From assembly GCA_963749495.1 (NCBI GenBank), contig CAVVMW010000012.1, forward strand, positions 540,518-604,517: a stretch of DNA of 64,000 nucleotides, written 5' to 3'. Shown one piece after another: positions 20,896 through 31,637 of the stretch; the stretch's first letter is position 1; the number at the start of each line of letters is the position of its first letter. The notes beneath the pieces were generated by a model, which worked only from the letters and a program-made list of their open reading frames with translations, had not been told where the DNA came from and did no database searches. The translations under genes were made by a program, and so were the position numbers. The DNA comes from an uncultured bacterium. GTDB taxonomy: Bacteria > Verrucomicrobiota > Verrucomicrobiia > Limisphaerales > UBA8199.

Positions 20896-23800
20896 ATGAA
20901 CTTTCCAGGTTTATCCGCCTTCAAACGATCGCGTTGGTTCAAACGCGTCGTTTGGGCAGCGGCGGCGTTCCTGGTCTATACACTCCTTGGCTTTTTCGCG
21001 CTGCCGCCGGTTATCAAGTGGCAAATGCTCAAGCGGTTGCCGGCTATCACCAAACGCCAGGTCGCTGTCCGCCAGGTGAAGTTCAATCCGCTCGCCCTGT
21101 CCCTCACGATTCGTGGCCTGGCGCTTACTGAGCCGGATGGCCGCCCCTTTGTGTCCTGGGACGAACTCTACATCAACTTCCAAAGTTCCTCGCTGTTTCG
21201 ATGGGCCTGGACGTTCAAAGAAATCCGGCTCGTCAAACCCTTCGGCGAGGCAATATTGTTCAAAGACGGACGACTGAATTTTGCCAACATGTTCGAGTCG
21301 CCCACGAATGCTGCTCCCCCGCCCCCACCGCATAAGGCCGGCATCCCTCGGGTAAACATCTTTCACCTCCAGATCACCAACGGATTTGTCGCGCTCGAAG
21401 ACCAGACCCGGCGTTCTCCTTTCCGCACCCAGTATCGGCCGATCAACCTGGAGTTGACTCGGTTCACCACCCGCCCAAACTCGGACGCCCCGTATTCGTT
21501 CCGGGCCGAAAGTGATGCCGGTCGCAGCGTCACCTGGGCCGGCAACCTGACGGTTCAACCACTCCGCTCGCGGGGTCACCTCGAGGTCACGGGCGTGAAA
21601 CTCAACCGTTACCAGCCGTATCTGGAGGATTTTACAAGGGCACTGCTCACGAATGGCCTGGCCGACCTCCAACTCGACTACTGTTTCGAGGCGGGCACCA
21701 ACGGCATGGACCTCGTGGTCACGAACGGCACCGTTCACGTGGAACAGGTGCAACTCCAAGACCCCAACACCGGCGAAACGGTGGCCGGCCTGCGGGGCTT
21801 TGACGTGCAACAAGGCGAACTGAACTGGCGCGAACGCACGGCGCGACTGGGCGGGGTGAAGGTCTCCGAGGCGACACTCCTTGCCCGGCTGCAGAAGAAC
21901 GGGCGCCTGAACCTGCTCGAGCTCCTGACGCTGGCTTCTCCCTCCACCAACGCCCCCTTTCCCGCGACCAACCCGCCTGCCTCCTCGGCCACCGAGCTGC
22001 CACCCTGGACTCTGAGCGTCGATGACTTCGCCATCCAGGACACCGGCGTAACTCTCGAGGACCTGACCCGCCGGACGCCGTTCCGCACCAAGCTCAAGCC
22101 CCTCACGGTGAGCCTAAAACGATTCACAACGAAAGCGGATGCCGACGCCGCTTACTCGTTCCATATCGCCACCGAGGCGGCAGAAACCGTCGAGGGCGCC
22201 GGAATGGTCTCCATCAATCCCGTGCGTTCCGCCGGGGAACTGAGGGTGAGGGCGGTGGACGTGAGGAAATACCTGCCCTACGCGGAAGATCTTTTTCGGG
22301 GCCAAATCACGACCGGCAAACTGGCGATGACGGTGCCCTATCATTTTGCCCTCGTTACCAACGAGCTTCGCGCCGAAGTATCCAATCTGGCTTTCCAGCT
22401 TGTCGACCTCGGAATCAGGGCGCCCGGAGCCGACGAGACTGTTGTGCACATCGCTGAGTTTGGGCTGGCACAGGTTGACGCCAGCCTGGAGGAGCGGCGC
22501 GCGCGCGTCGGCCTGCTGAAGGCCAGCGGCGGCTCCCTCCTCGCCCGGCGCGAGCAGGACGGCTCGCTCAACCTGCTGGGTTTGCTCGCCCCCGGCCGCA
22601 CAAACGACACCAGCGGCGGCACTCCCGCCCCGGTGGTCGCCCAAACCAACGGCTGGACCGTCAGTATCGATGAAATCGCGCTGAGCGATTACACCGTCAA
22701 ATTCGAGGATCGCTCTCTTCCGAAACCAGCCAGTGTCCTGCTGGACCAACTCACGCTCAACCTCAAGGGCCTGAGCACGCTCAGCAACCCGCCCGTAAAC
22801 GCCGCCCTTTCCGGCCGCCTGAATGAAACGGCCGCGTTCGACGTGGAAGGCCTGGCGCGGCTCGCGCCGCAGTCAGCGGATTTCACGCTGGGACTCACCA
22901 ATCTTGACCTCCGTCCCTTTCAGTCCTGGCTCGACCAGTACCTGCGGGTGGGCATTGTCCGCGGCGCGCTCGGTGCCTACGGCCACCTCCGTTATCAGCC
23001 GGCTGCAACCGTCGAGCCGCACGTTGGGTTCACAGGTGATTTGTGGCTGACCAACTTCCTGGGCACCGACGAGGTCGCGTTCAAAGAGCTGGCGCGCTGG
23101 GAGCAACTGGCGGTGACGGGCATCGATTGCAGCCTGGAGCCCACCCGGGTTAAAGTCGCGGAAGTGCATTGGGTCGCCCCGAAAACGACGCTGCTCATCG
23201 ACGCGGCCCACCAGGCGAACCTGGCGCTCATCCTCAGACCGGCCGCAGGCTCGGCGACCAACGCCGCCCCGCAACCCGCCCAGGGCGCGGTTTCCCGCCA
23301 ACCCGGCGCCCAGACCGTCCCGGTCCAGGCCGGCCTGGTCCGCCTCGACCGGGCCGCTTTCGGCTTCATCGATGAGTCAATCCAGCCCCACGTCAGCGTC
23401 GGCATCCAGGAACTCAGCGGCACAATCAAGGGGCTTTCCTCCGCGTTGAATGCGACGGCCGAGGTTGACCTCGCCGGCAAGGTGGGCGAGCAATCGCCCT
23501 TCAGCATTGCGGGGCGGGTCAATCCGCTGGCCTCGAACATCTTCGTCGATCTGGTCATTTCCAATGCCAATACTGAACTCACGCCGCTGACGCCCTACTT
23601 CGAGAAATATGCTGGTCACCCCCTCAACAAGGGCCGGCTCACGACGCTTTTGCGCTATCATGTCGAGGGCAAGGAGCTCAAAGCGGAGAACAAGATCGAC
23701 CTCGAGCACCTGACCCTTGGCCCGCGCAACAAAAGTCCCGACGCAACCAGCCTCCCCGTAAAGCTGGCGGTGGCCCTGCTCAAAGACAGCAACGGGCGCA

Positions 23801-24660
23801 TCGAGCTTGATCTGCCGCTCCACGGCCGGCTTGATGACCCGCAGTTCAGCCTCGGTCCCGTCATTCTCAAAGTCCTTGTCAACGTAATAACCAAGACCGC
23901 CGCCTCTCCGTTCAAGCTGCTGGGGGCCCTCGTGGGAGGCGGAGAGGAACTCAGCTTCGTCTCGTTCTCCCCGGGCACGACCAACCTCGTTGAAGGCGAG
24001 GTGGACAAACTCACCAAGCTGGCCAAGGCCCTGGCCCGGCGCCCCGCGTTGAATCTTGAAATTGAAGGCGCCATCGACCCGCTGGCTGACCGCGGAGCCA
24101 TGGCCAAACAGAAGCTGCGCGACCAATTCAAGACCAGGCGGCTCCAGGAACTCGCCGCTAAAGGCAGGGCCCCGCAGTCCGTCGAAACGTTCCAGCTTGC
24201 CCCGGACGATTACGACCAGCTTCTGCGCGCGGCCTTTGCCGAGCGCTTCGGCACGAATATCGCCGCCATTCTCCAGACCAACCAACTCGCGCTCGCCGTC
24301 ACCAGCCAACCCGGCGGCAGGGTGGCGGCCAAACCGAAGCCTCCGCTCTACCGCCGCGCGCTGGCCCTGGTTGGCCTCGGCAAGCCTGCCCGCAAAAGCC
24401 CGGCTGAGAAGCACCTGGCCAAAGCCGATCGTCTCGCGTTGGAGCAGGCCACCCCGGAACTGATGGAAACATTAGTCGCCGGCCAAATAGAAGTGACCGC
24501 CGATGATTACCGCGCGCTGATGAATGCTCGCGCCCGCTGGGTTCAGAACTGGCTGCTGCAGAACGGCCAGGTCGCCAACGAACGGTTGGTGTTGGTGGCT
24601 CCCAAGCCGGTCGATGCGGCTTACCGCGGCGAGAGCCAGGCGAGTCTGTCACTGGACTAA
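20896..24660 (+). CDS. DUF748/AsmA-like protein
   Basis: N-terminal TM anchor, repeated beta-taco-like units, C-terminal LAVALLKD..G.I.LDLP..G.LDDPQFS signature. Confidence 0.88.
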   Translation: MNFPGLSAFKRSRWFKRVVWAAAAFLVYTLLGFFALPPVIKWQMLKRLPAITKRQVAVRQVKFNPLALSLTIRGLALTEPDGRPFVSWDELYINFQSSSLFRWAWTFKEIRLVKPFGEAILFKDGRLNFANMFESPTNAAPPPPPHKAGIPRVNIFHLQITNGFVALEDQTRRSPFRTQYRPINLELTRFTTRPNSDAPYSFRAESDAGRSVTWAGNLTVQPLRSRGHLEVTGVKLNRYQPYLEDFTRALLTNGLADLQLDYCFEAGTNGMDLVVTNGTVHVEQVQLQDPNTGETVAGLRGFDVQQGELNWRERTARLGGVKVSEATLLARLQKNGRLNLLELLTLASPSTNAPFPATNPPASSATELPPWTLSVDDFAIQDTGVTLEDLTRRTPFRTKLKPLTVSLKRFTTKADADAAYSFHIATEAAETVEGAGMVSINPVRSAGELRVRAVDVRKYLPYAEDLFRGQITTGKLAMTVPYHFALVTNELRAEVSNLAFQLVDLGIRAPGADETVVHIAEFGLAQVDASLEERRARVGLLKASGGSLLARREQDGSLNLLGLLAPGRTNDTSGGTPAPVVAQTNGWTVSIDEIALSDYTVKFEDRSLPKPASVLLDQLTLNLKGLSTLSNPPVNAALSGRLNETAAFDVEGLARLAPQSADFTLGLTNLDLRPFQSWLDQYLRVGIVRGALGAYGHLRYQPAATVEPHVGFTGDLWLTNFLGTDEVAFKELARWEQLAVTGIDCSLEPTRVKVAEVHWVAPKTTLLIDAAHQANLALILRPAAGSATNAAPQPAQGAVSRQPGAQTVPVQAGLVRLDRAAFGFIDESIQPHVSVGIQELSGTIKGLSSALNATAEVDLAGKVGEQSPFSIAGRVNPLASNIFVDLVISNANTELTPLTPYFEKYAGHPLNKGRLTTLLRYHVEGKELKAENKIDLEHLTLGPRNKSPDATSLPVKLAVALLKDSNGRIELDLPLHGRLDDPQFSLGPVILKVLVNVITKTAASPFKLLGALVGGGEELSFVSFSPGTTNLVEGEVDKLTKLAKALARRPALNLEIEGAIDPLADRGAMAKQKLRDQFKTRRLQELAAKGRAPQSVETFQLAPDDYDQLLRAAFAERFGTNIAAILQTNQLALAVTSQPGGRVAAKPKPPLYRRALALVGLGKPARKSPAEKHLAKADRLALEQATPELMETLVAGQIEVTADDYRALMNARARWVQNWLLQNGQVANERLVLVAPKPVDAAYRGESQASLSLD

Positions 24661-24747
24661 CAGCAACAGCATATTGTCCTTTGTTTGCGGGTTTCGCTGA
24701 CGCGTTGCTCAAGCTCCAGCGCCATCTCAGGCCCGTTCATTAGCCTA

Positions 24748-25761
24748 TCAGATGTATAAGTACACGTAAATGGCAAAGGCAATCGCCACCAAGCCCGCTC
24801 CGGCAGCCAATGACCAAAGCAGATTGCGGTTCTTGGCCGCCATGGCCAAAGTGGAGATGATCACGCCCGCTTGCGCGGCCAGCATGCCGAAAAAGAAGCG
24901 CTGGCTCCGCATGTGGTGGTGCTCCGCCGAAATATTGCTCTTGCGCACCTGCAACTCGTATAGATTCGCGATCGTCTGGTTCAGCCGTGCTTCGATCTCG
25001 TAACGCAAGGCCGCGTAGCGCAGGCGCGCCGCCGTGAAGTCCCGGACGAGGGAGGGGCCAGGCCCTCCAGCGCCGGGCTCTTGCCGGAGTGTGGTCTCCC
25101 GGCCCAGCAGATTGTCCATCTGGTCGATGGCCTGGTTTACCGGTTTCGTTGCCGCATCATAGGCCTGGGCTTGATCCCGCGCCGCTTTCAACGAGGCGTC
25201 CAGGCTGTTCAGGCTCACCTGCGCCAGCAGCCCCCTCATCTCCGTATCTGGCATCGAGGTCTCGACGCCTTCCATCGCCGCCCGGATGGGCGGGGGCAGC
25301 GTGAGCCCGGTGGGCACCGCCGGCGCCTCTCCCGTCCGCAGGAACGTCAAAGCCTGCTGCCCTCCGGGAGACTCCAGCACCCCCAGCAACCGCTTGCCGA
25401 GATCCACATTCCCGGGCTGGGACACCTGCGTCTGCAGTTGTTCGGCTGTTTGCTTCAAGGCATCGGGATCAAAGGGGCGCACTGCCGCCATGCTTTGCAG
25501 CAAATCCGCCGTGTTGCGCTGGATCGCCCCGCGCAGGCGCTTGGCCTGAAAGAAACTCCATTGGTCGCCCGCCTTGGATTGCTGTTGGGCCCCCAAGGAC
25601 CGGTCATACTGCGCCCGGGTCATCTCGCTGGAGGCCAGCCCGGCCAGCATCGTTGCCACCACTGCCATCACCACAGGAGTTGCGCTGAGAGTTCTCCCCC
25701 AGATCGTGTGGGGCAGATCCGCCTTCAACCCTTCGGGTATGTTGACCTTCGTCGGTTTCAT
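24748..25761 (-). CDS. DUF4337-like membrane protein
   Basis: TM helix followed by KAGDQWSFFQAKR, and two C-terminal TM helices. Confidence 0.65.
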   Translation of the reverse strand: MKPTKVNIPEGLKADLPHTIWGRTLSATPVVMAVVATMLAGLASSEMTRAQYDRSLGAQQQSKAGDQWSFFQAKRLRGAIQRNTADLLQSMAAVRPFDPDALKQTAEQLQTQVSQPGNVDLGKRLLGVLESPGGQQALTFLRTGEAPAVPTGLTLPPPIRAAMEGVETSMPDTEMRGLLAQVSLNSLDASLKAARDQAQAYDAATKPVNQAIDQMDNLLGRETTLRQEPGAGGPGPSLVRDFTAARLRYAALRYEIEARLNQTIANLYELQVRKSNISAEHHHMRSQRFFFGMLAAQAGVIISTLAMAAKNRNLLWSLAAGAGLVAIAFAIYVYLYI

Positions 25762-25968
25762 GACGGTTACCGAATAATGGTTGAGTCTTGCCCACAGTCT
25801 GCGACGGCTGGGCTAGGTTCGTTGGTATTCTCCCTCCCGACCACGGAGCTGTCCAATACCTTTTTGCCACTGCGCCCATAGCCTAAAGTCATGACCCGTC
25901 TTCGACGGCCTATTGTGCGCTTGGGGTTCTTGGTTTACGCTCAGCCTCGAATGCTCAAAGAAAGCAAA

Positions 25969-28587
25969 ATGAATGTCGAGGCTGAGATTCCACCCGCGAG
26001 TCTTGGGAGCGGCGTCGGCAAGGCCGAGGGGAGACAGGGCGAGGCCGCGGGTGAGCCGCGGGCGGGTCGAATGAAGGGGTCTGTGCCGCCCGGCAGGATT
26101 TTGCCCTGGCTGGTGCTGCTGTTCTTTGGCAGTGGCTGCGCGGCGCTGATTTACGAAATCGTCTGGCTCCAGTTGCTCCAACTGGTGATCGGTTTGACGA
26201 CTCTCTCTTTGGGGATCTTATTGGGCACCTTCATGGGGGGCATGTGCCTGGGCAGCGTGCTTTTGCCGCGGTTGGTTTCCCCGCGGCGCCATCCTTTGCG
26301 GGTCTATGGCCTGCTGGAATTGGGGCTGGGCATCATCGGTCTGGGGGTGCTCTTTGGCCTGCCGCTGGTGGGCCAGGTGTACGCGGCGAAGGGGGGAGGG
26401 GGGGTGGGCGGGATTCTCCTGCGTGGAGGGGTGGCGGCGGTCTGTTTGTTGCCGCCCACATTGCTGATGGGCGCGACCCTGCCGGCGATTGCGCGGTGGG
26501 TGGAAGCGACGCCGCAGGGGGTTTCCTGGCTGGGCTTCTTTTACGGGGGCAATATCGCCGGGGCCGTGTTCGGCTGCCTCCTGGCTGGATTCTATTTGTT
26601 GAGAGTGTATAACATGGCGGCGGCGACCTATGTCGCGGCGTCAATCAACGGGGCTTTGGCCTTGGTCTCTCTGGGTTTGGCCGCTTTTGCGGGCCATGTC
26701 CCGCCCGCGTGCGCACCCGCGCCAGGCCGGGTTGAGCGCCAGGGAGGTTCCTGGGCGGTCTATGTCGCGGTGGGGCTGTCCGGAGTGGCGGCCATGGGCG
26801 CGGAGGTGGTTTGGACCCGGGCATTATCGCTGATTCTCGGGGCGACTGTCTATACGTTTTCGATTATCCTGGCGGTTTTTCTGGGGGGGCTGGGAATCGG
26901 GAGCAGTGCAGGTTCATTGGCGGCGCGCTGGCTGGTTCGGCCCCGGCTGGCACTGGGAGGTTGCCAGGTGCTGCTGGTGGCAGCGACGGCCTGGGGCGCT
27001 TGCATGATCACGAGTTCGCTGCCCTATTGGCCGGTCAACCCTGGCCTGGCCGTGAGTCCCTGGTACACCTTTCAATTGGATTTGGCACGTTGTCTGTGGG
27101 CGGTGCTGCCGGCCGCGGTTTTGTGGGGGGCGAGTTTTCCACTGGCCTTGGCCGCAGTGGCGTCACGAGGAGAGGATCCCGGGCGCCTGGTGGGCCGGGT
27201 GTATGCCGCCAACACCATGGGGGCGATCCTGGGCGCCCTTTGCTTCAGCCTGGCCCTGATTCCCCTGGCAGGCACACAATGGGCGCAACGGGTGGAAGTG
27301 GGGCTGCCGGCGGCGGCGGCGCTGGCGCTGTTGGCACCGTTGCTTTGGACAGGCCGCGTGGGCGCTGCGCCTGGCGCCGCCTCGGGGCAACCCGGCTTCC
27401 GGCGGGCGCTGGCGGTCACCCTGGCGGTTTTGGCGGGCGTGGCGGCGTTGCTGGCCAGAAGCGTGCCTCCGATGCCGTGGGGAGCGGTGGCTTATGGCCG
27501 GTCCATGGCCACGTATGGACACCGCCTGGCCCCCGGGATCATTGCCGAGGAGGAGGTGCCCATGGGCAGCGGCACCCCGGACATCTTTTGCACCTACTTG
27601 GGCGAGGGCCTGAACGGTTCGGTCGCCGTGACAAAGCTGAGCAGCGGGGTGCGGAATTTCCACTCCGCCGGCAAGGTGCAGGCCTCCAACGACCCGCGCG
27701 ATATGCGCGTGCAGCGGATGCTGGGGCATATCCCCGCCCTGATCCACCCGCGCCCCGAATCGGTGCTGGTGGTGGCCTGTGGCGCCGGGGTAACCGCCGG
27801 CAGCTTTGTCGTGCATCCCGAGGTCAAGCGCATCCTCATCTGCGACATCGAGTCGTTGGTCCCGCGCTGCGTGGCCCCGCTCTTCGAGAAGGAGAACCAC
27901 GGCGTGCTCAAGGATCCCCGGACCGAGGTGGTCTGCGACGACGGCCGGCATTTGCTGCGCACCACCAAAGAGAGGTTCGACATCATCACCTCTGACCCGA
28001 TCGATCCCTGGGTCAAAGGCTGCGCCGCGCTCAACACGGTGGAGTACTACGAAATGTGCAAGGCGCGGCTGAAACCGGGCGGGGTGATGGCTTTGTGGAT
28101 GCCCCTCTACGAGAGCAATCCGGCCACAGCCAAAAGCGTCATCGCCACGTTTTTCAAGGCCTTCCCGCACGGGGTTCTCTGGAGCAACGACAGCCAAGGC
28201 GAGGCCTATGATGCCGTCTTGTGCGGTCAAGTGGAGCTGACGCGCATCGACCTTGACGAGTGGCAAACACGTTGGAGCCGCCCAGACCAGGCCCGTGTGA
28301 GGCAGTCGCTCCAAGAAGTTGGATTCCACTCGGTCTTCGGTTTGCTGGCCACCTATGCCGGCCAGGCGCCCGATTTGCGGGCATGGATGAGGGACGCCCA
28401 GATCAATACGGACCAGAACCTGCGCCTGCAGTACCTGGCCGGGATGTGGCTGAACTCGTACGTGGGGTCGGAAATCCTGGATGAGATCAAGCGGCACTAC
28501 CGATTTCCGGAGAACCTTTTCTACGGTTCGCAGGCCGACAAGCAAGTGTTGAGGCATTTCCTGGAAGGTGCGCCCCCGCTCAAGTAG
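25969..28587 (+). CDS. Membrane protein fused to a spermidine synthase-like SAM-binding domain
   Basis: SGCAALIYEIVW TM repeats; GAGVTA, DDGRH and FDIITSDP motifs. Confidence 0.85.
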   Translation: MNVEAEIPPASLGSGVGKAEGRQGEAAGEPRAGRMKGSVPPGRILPWLVLLFFGSGCAALIYEIVWLQLLQLVIGLTTLSLGILLGTFMGGMCLGSVLLPRLVSPRRHPLRVYGLLELGLGIIGLGVLFGLPLVGQVYAAKGGGGVGGILLRGGVAAVCLLPPTLLMGATLPAIARWVEATPQGVSWLGFFYGGNIAGAVFGCLLAGFYLLRVYNMAAATYVAASINGALALVSLGLAAFAGHVPPACAPAPGRVERQGGSWAVYVAVGLSGVAAMGAEVVWTRALSLILGATVYTFSIILAVFLGGLGIGSSAGSLAARWLVRPRLALGGCQVLLVAATAWGACMITSSLPYWPVNPGLAVSPWYTFQLDLARCLWAVLPAAVLWGASFPLALAAVASRGEDPGRLVGRVYAANTMGAILGALCFSLALIPLAGTQWAQRVEVGLPAAAALALLAPLLWTGRVGAAPGAASGQPGFRRALAVTLAVLAGVAALLARSVPPMPWGAVAYGRSMATYGHRLAPGIIAEEEVPMGSGTPDIFCTYLGEGLNGSVAVTKLSSGVRNFHSAGKVQASNDPRDMRVQRMLGHIPALIHPRPESVLVVACGAGVTAGSFVVHPEVKRILICDIESLVPRCVAPLFEKENHGVLKDPRTEVVCDDGRHLLRTTKERFDIITSDPIDPWVKGCAALNTVEYYEMCKARLKPGGVMALWMPLYESNPATAKSVIATFFKAFPHGVLWSNDSQGEAYDAVLCGQVELTRIDLDEWQTRWSRPDQARVRQSLQEVGFHSVFGLLATYAGQAPDLRAWMRDAQINTDQNLRLQYLAGMWLNSYVGSEILDEIKRHYRFPENLFYGSQADKQVLRHFLEGAPPLK

Positions 28588-28619
28588 GGTCGAGGGCAGG
28601 TCGAGAAGGGCGGTTCTGG

Positions 28620-28770
28620 CCAGCACCACCACCTCAGAGGAACGCCGCCTTCAGGCGGCAGAGGCGTGGAGACACGAGAGATATTGGGATTATCGGTGTT
28701 GCAGCTAATTCCGGCGCTGCTGCCGCCTGAAGGCGGCGTTCCCCCGCGGCGCCGTGCGGTGGTGCTGTGA
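28620..28770. repeat. REP-like inverted repeat
   Basis: ggaacgccgccttcaggcggcag ... ctgccgcctgaaggcggcgttcc. Confidence 0.7.
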
Positions 28771-28845
28771 AGACGCGCCGCCTTCCTTGATGCTGCACGA
28801 TAGCGCTTGCACCACAGCCGGTGTGGTGCTTTATTGTAGGTTAGC

Positions 28846-29169
28846 GTGAAGCTTGCAACCGCATCAAGCCATGGGCGCAACGGCAGCCGTCTCGCAGCCG
28901 TTGTGACGATGCTCCTGTTGTGGCTGGCAACTTGGGCTCTCAATGTCACGCCGCAGCTTCATCTTCTGCTGCACAACGACGCTCAGAGTCCCGACCACAA
29001 CTGCCTAATCACTCAACTCCAGCACCACTCGGTGCTCACCGGGATTGCGCCTGTGGTCGTGCCCACCGCGACCACTGACTGGAGCGAGCCGGCAGGCTGT
29101 CCCGAATTCCAACTCTTCGGCTCCTTCGATTACCGGCTCTCCCCCAGCCGCGCCCCTCCCGCTGCCTAG
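28846..29169 (+). CDS. DUF2946-like upstream regulatory peptide with C-terminal RAPP motif
   Basis: TM segment, His/Cys cluster HLLLH...DHNC, ends SPSRAPPAA; directly upstream of a TonB-dependent receptor. Confidence 0.7.
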   Translation: MKLATASSHGRNGSRLAAVVTMLLLWLATWALNVTPQLHLLLHNDAQSPDHNCLITQLQHHSVLTGIAPVVVPTATTDWSEPAGCPEFQLFGSFDYRLSPSRAPPAA

Positions 29170-29365
29170 CTCTCTTCCTCCGCGTGAGCCCTGTGCCGTA
29201 ACCCGTCCGGGCACTCTCGCGTTTTCCTGAACTGATCCGCTTGGCGCCACCCCCGTCCAGGGGCCTTTCTCCAAGCGACGGCCCAAATGAAAACCCATTG
29301 GCAGTTGAAATCGAATTGTGAGCTTGTTGCATAAGTGTGAATAAGAGTTACTATTATGAAACCAT

Positions 29366-31621
29366 ATGTTCCATTGCCCCGCCCGCCCCGCCCTGCCCAG
29401 CGGCCCCCAAGACCCGAACGACCGCGCCCACCCGGTCCTCCTCTTGCTGGCCTCGCTCGCCTGGTGCCCCGCCGCCCTCGCGCAAACCAATCAGCCCCCG
29501 GCTGCGTCAGGCACTCCGGAGCTCGGCGCCGCCACAAACGTGGTGACACTCGAACCGACAACAGTTGTGGGCAGGTTGAACACGGCGCGCGAACAGATCC
29601 TGCCCGAACTGGGGGCGACCACTTACACCATTCCCAAGGCCCAAATCGAGGCCCAGCCGCAGGGTGAGAACGCGCCGTTCAACCAGGTCCTGCTGCGCGC
29701 GCCGGGCGTGGCCCAGGATTCCTTGAGCCAACTCCATCTGCGCGGCGAGCACGCCAACATCCAATACCGCATCAATGACGTGCTTCTGCCGGAAGGCATC
29801 ACCTTGTTCGGTTCGGAGCTCGATACACGGTTCGTGGACAGCCTGCGGCTCATCACCGGCTCGCTGCCGGCGGAGTACGGTTTCCGCACGGCAGGCATCG
29901 TGGACATCCGCACCAAGAGTGGTGCTTTCGAGCCCGGCGGCTCCGCCTCCCTCTACGGCGGCAGTTACGACACGTTCCATCCGAGCCTCGAGCTGGGCGG
30001 CTCGAAGGGAAACCTCAACTACTTCGTGGACGGCAGTTACAACCACAACAACTTCGGCCTCGAAACACCAACGCCCAGCACGACTCCGATTCACGACACC
30101 ACCGACCAGGGCAAGGCCTTCACCTATGTTTCCTACGTCCTGGACGACAGCAGCCGCATCAGCGCGATGGCCAGCGCCTCCTACGCAAACTTCCAGATTC
30201 CGAACACGCCGGGGCTCCAGAACAACACGAACAACTTCCTTGCCCCGGGCGGCAACCCATGGCTTTCGGGAGGCGGGATACCCACGACTTTCAATTCCGC
30301 CAACGAAAACGAAAACCAAAACGAGCAGAATTACTATGCCGTCGTCGCCTACCAGAAATCCGCCGATCCCTTTAACATGCAGCTCTCGGTCTATGGCCGT
30401 TACAGCGGGGTGCATTTCCGCCCCGACAACCTCGGCGACCTGTTTTTCAGCGGCGTGGCCAGCGACGTGTCCCGCCGCCTCTATTCGGGCGGCGCGCAGT
30501 TCGATGCCAGTTACGAGTTGACCGACACCCACACCTTGCGCGGCGGCTTCATGCTGCTGGACGAATCGGTCTCCGCAGACACCACCACGATGGCCTTCCC
30601 GATGAGCAGCACCGACCCCAGCTCCTTCAACCCGATTGGCCCGCCGATGGCCATCCCCAACAACAGTGTCTCGCACGCCATTTTCGCCGGGGTCTATTTG
30701 CAGGACGAATGGAAAGTCCTGCCCAAGGTCACGCTCAATTACGGCGCCCGCTTTGACGAGTTTTACTCGACGTTCGACAAGGAAAACCAGCCCAGCCCGC
30801 GCGTGAACGTGATCTACGAGCCCGCCAAAACCACGACGCTGCACGCGGGCTATGCCCGCTATTTCACGCCGCCCGCGCCGGAAAACGTGCCCTCAACGGC
30901 CATTGCGAGATTCGTTGGAACCTCCAACGAATCGCCCGACGGCCCCAACGCCCCGACCCCGGCCCGGGCCGAGCGCGCCGACTACTTCGACGTCGGGGTT
31001 TCCCAAAAAATCACGTCTGGCCTGCAAGCGGGCGTCGATGCCTATTACAAGACGGCGGTCAACCAGTTGGACGACGGGTTCTTCAGCGCGTCGTTTATTC
31101 CGTCGAACTTCAATTACAGCGAGGGCCGCATCTATGGCGTGGAATGGACGGGGTCCTGGACCAGCGGCGGTTTTTCCACCTACGCCAACGTGGCCTATTC
31201 GGTTGCCAAGGGCAAGGACGTGGCCTCGGGCCAGTCCCTTTTTGGGCCGGACGAGCTGGCTTACATTCATACCCACTGGATTTACCTGGACCACGACCAG
31301 ACGGTGAGCGGTTCGTTTGGCGCCTCCTATTATTGGAAGCGTCGTGGCGGCGGCACGCGCGTGTTTGCGGACGCCCTTTATGGCAGCGGGTTGCGCAGCG
31401 GCTTCGCCAATACCGGCAGCGTTCCGGCCTACTACACGCTCAACCTGGGCGCGGAGGAGATCTTCAATGTCGGGCGCAAGGAACAGCTCAAGGCCAGGTT
31501 GGACGTGGTGAATGTCACGGACAACAGCTATGAGTTGCGCAGTGGCAGCGGTATCGGTGTGAACGCTGCCCAATGGGGCATGCGCCTGGGCTTTTTTGGC
31601 ACGCTCACTTATGCGTTCTAA
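29366..31621 (+). CDS. TonB-dependent receptor
   Basis: Signal peptide, plug domain (PGV...HLRGEH), YLQDEW, C-terminal TLTYAF. Confidence 0.9.
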   Translation: MFHCPARPALPSGPQDPNDRAHPVLLLLASLAWCPAALAQTNQPPAASGTPELGAATNVVTLEPTTVVGRLNTAREQILPELGATTYTIPKAQIEAQPQGENAPFNQVLLRAPGVAQDSLSQLHLRGEHANIQYRINDVLLPEGITLFGSELDTRFVDSLRLITGSLPAEYGFRTAGIVDIRTKSGAFEPGGSASLYGGSYDTFHPSLELGGSKGNLNYFVDGSYNHNNFGLETPTPSTTPIHDTTDQGKAFTYVSYVLDDSSRISAMASASYANFQIPNTPGLQNNTNNFLAPGGNPWLSGGGIPTTFNSANENENQNEQNYYAVVAYQKSADPFNMQLSVYGRYSGVHFRPDNLGDLFFSGVASDVSRRLYSGGAQFDASYELTDTHTLRGGFMLLDESVSADTTTMAFPMSSTDPSSFNPIGPPMAIPNNSVSHAIFAGVYLQDEWKVLPKVTLNYGARFDEFYSTFDKENQPSPRVNVIYEPAKTTTLHAGYARYFTPPAPENVPSTAIARFVGTSNESPDGPNAPTPARAERADYFDVGVSQKITSGLQAGVDAYYKTAVNQLDDGFFSASFIPSNFNYSEGRIYGVEWTGSWTSGGFSTYANVAYSVAKGKDVASGQSLFGPDELAYIHTHWIYLDHDQTVSGSFGASYYWKRRGGGTRVFADALYGSGLRSGFANTGSVPAYYTLNLGAEEIFNVGRKEQLKARLDVVNVTDNSYELRSGSGIGVNAAQWGMRLGFFGTLTYAF

Positions 31622-31637
31622 TTCATGCGCCGCGGTG

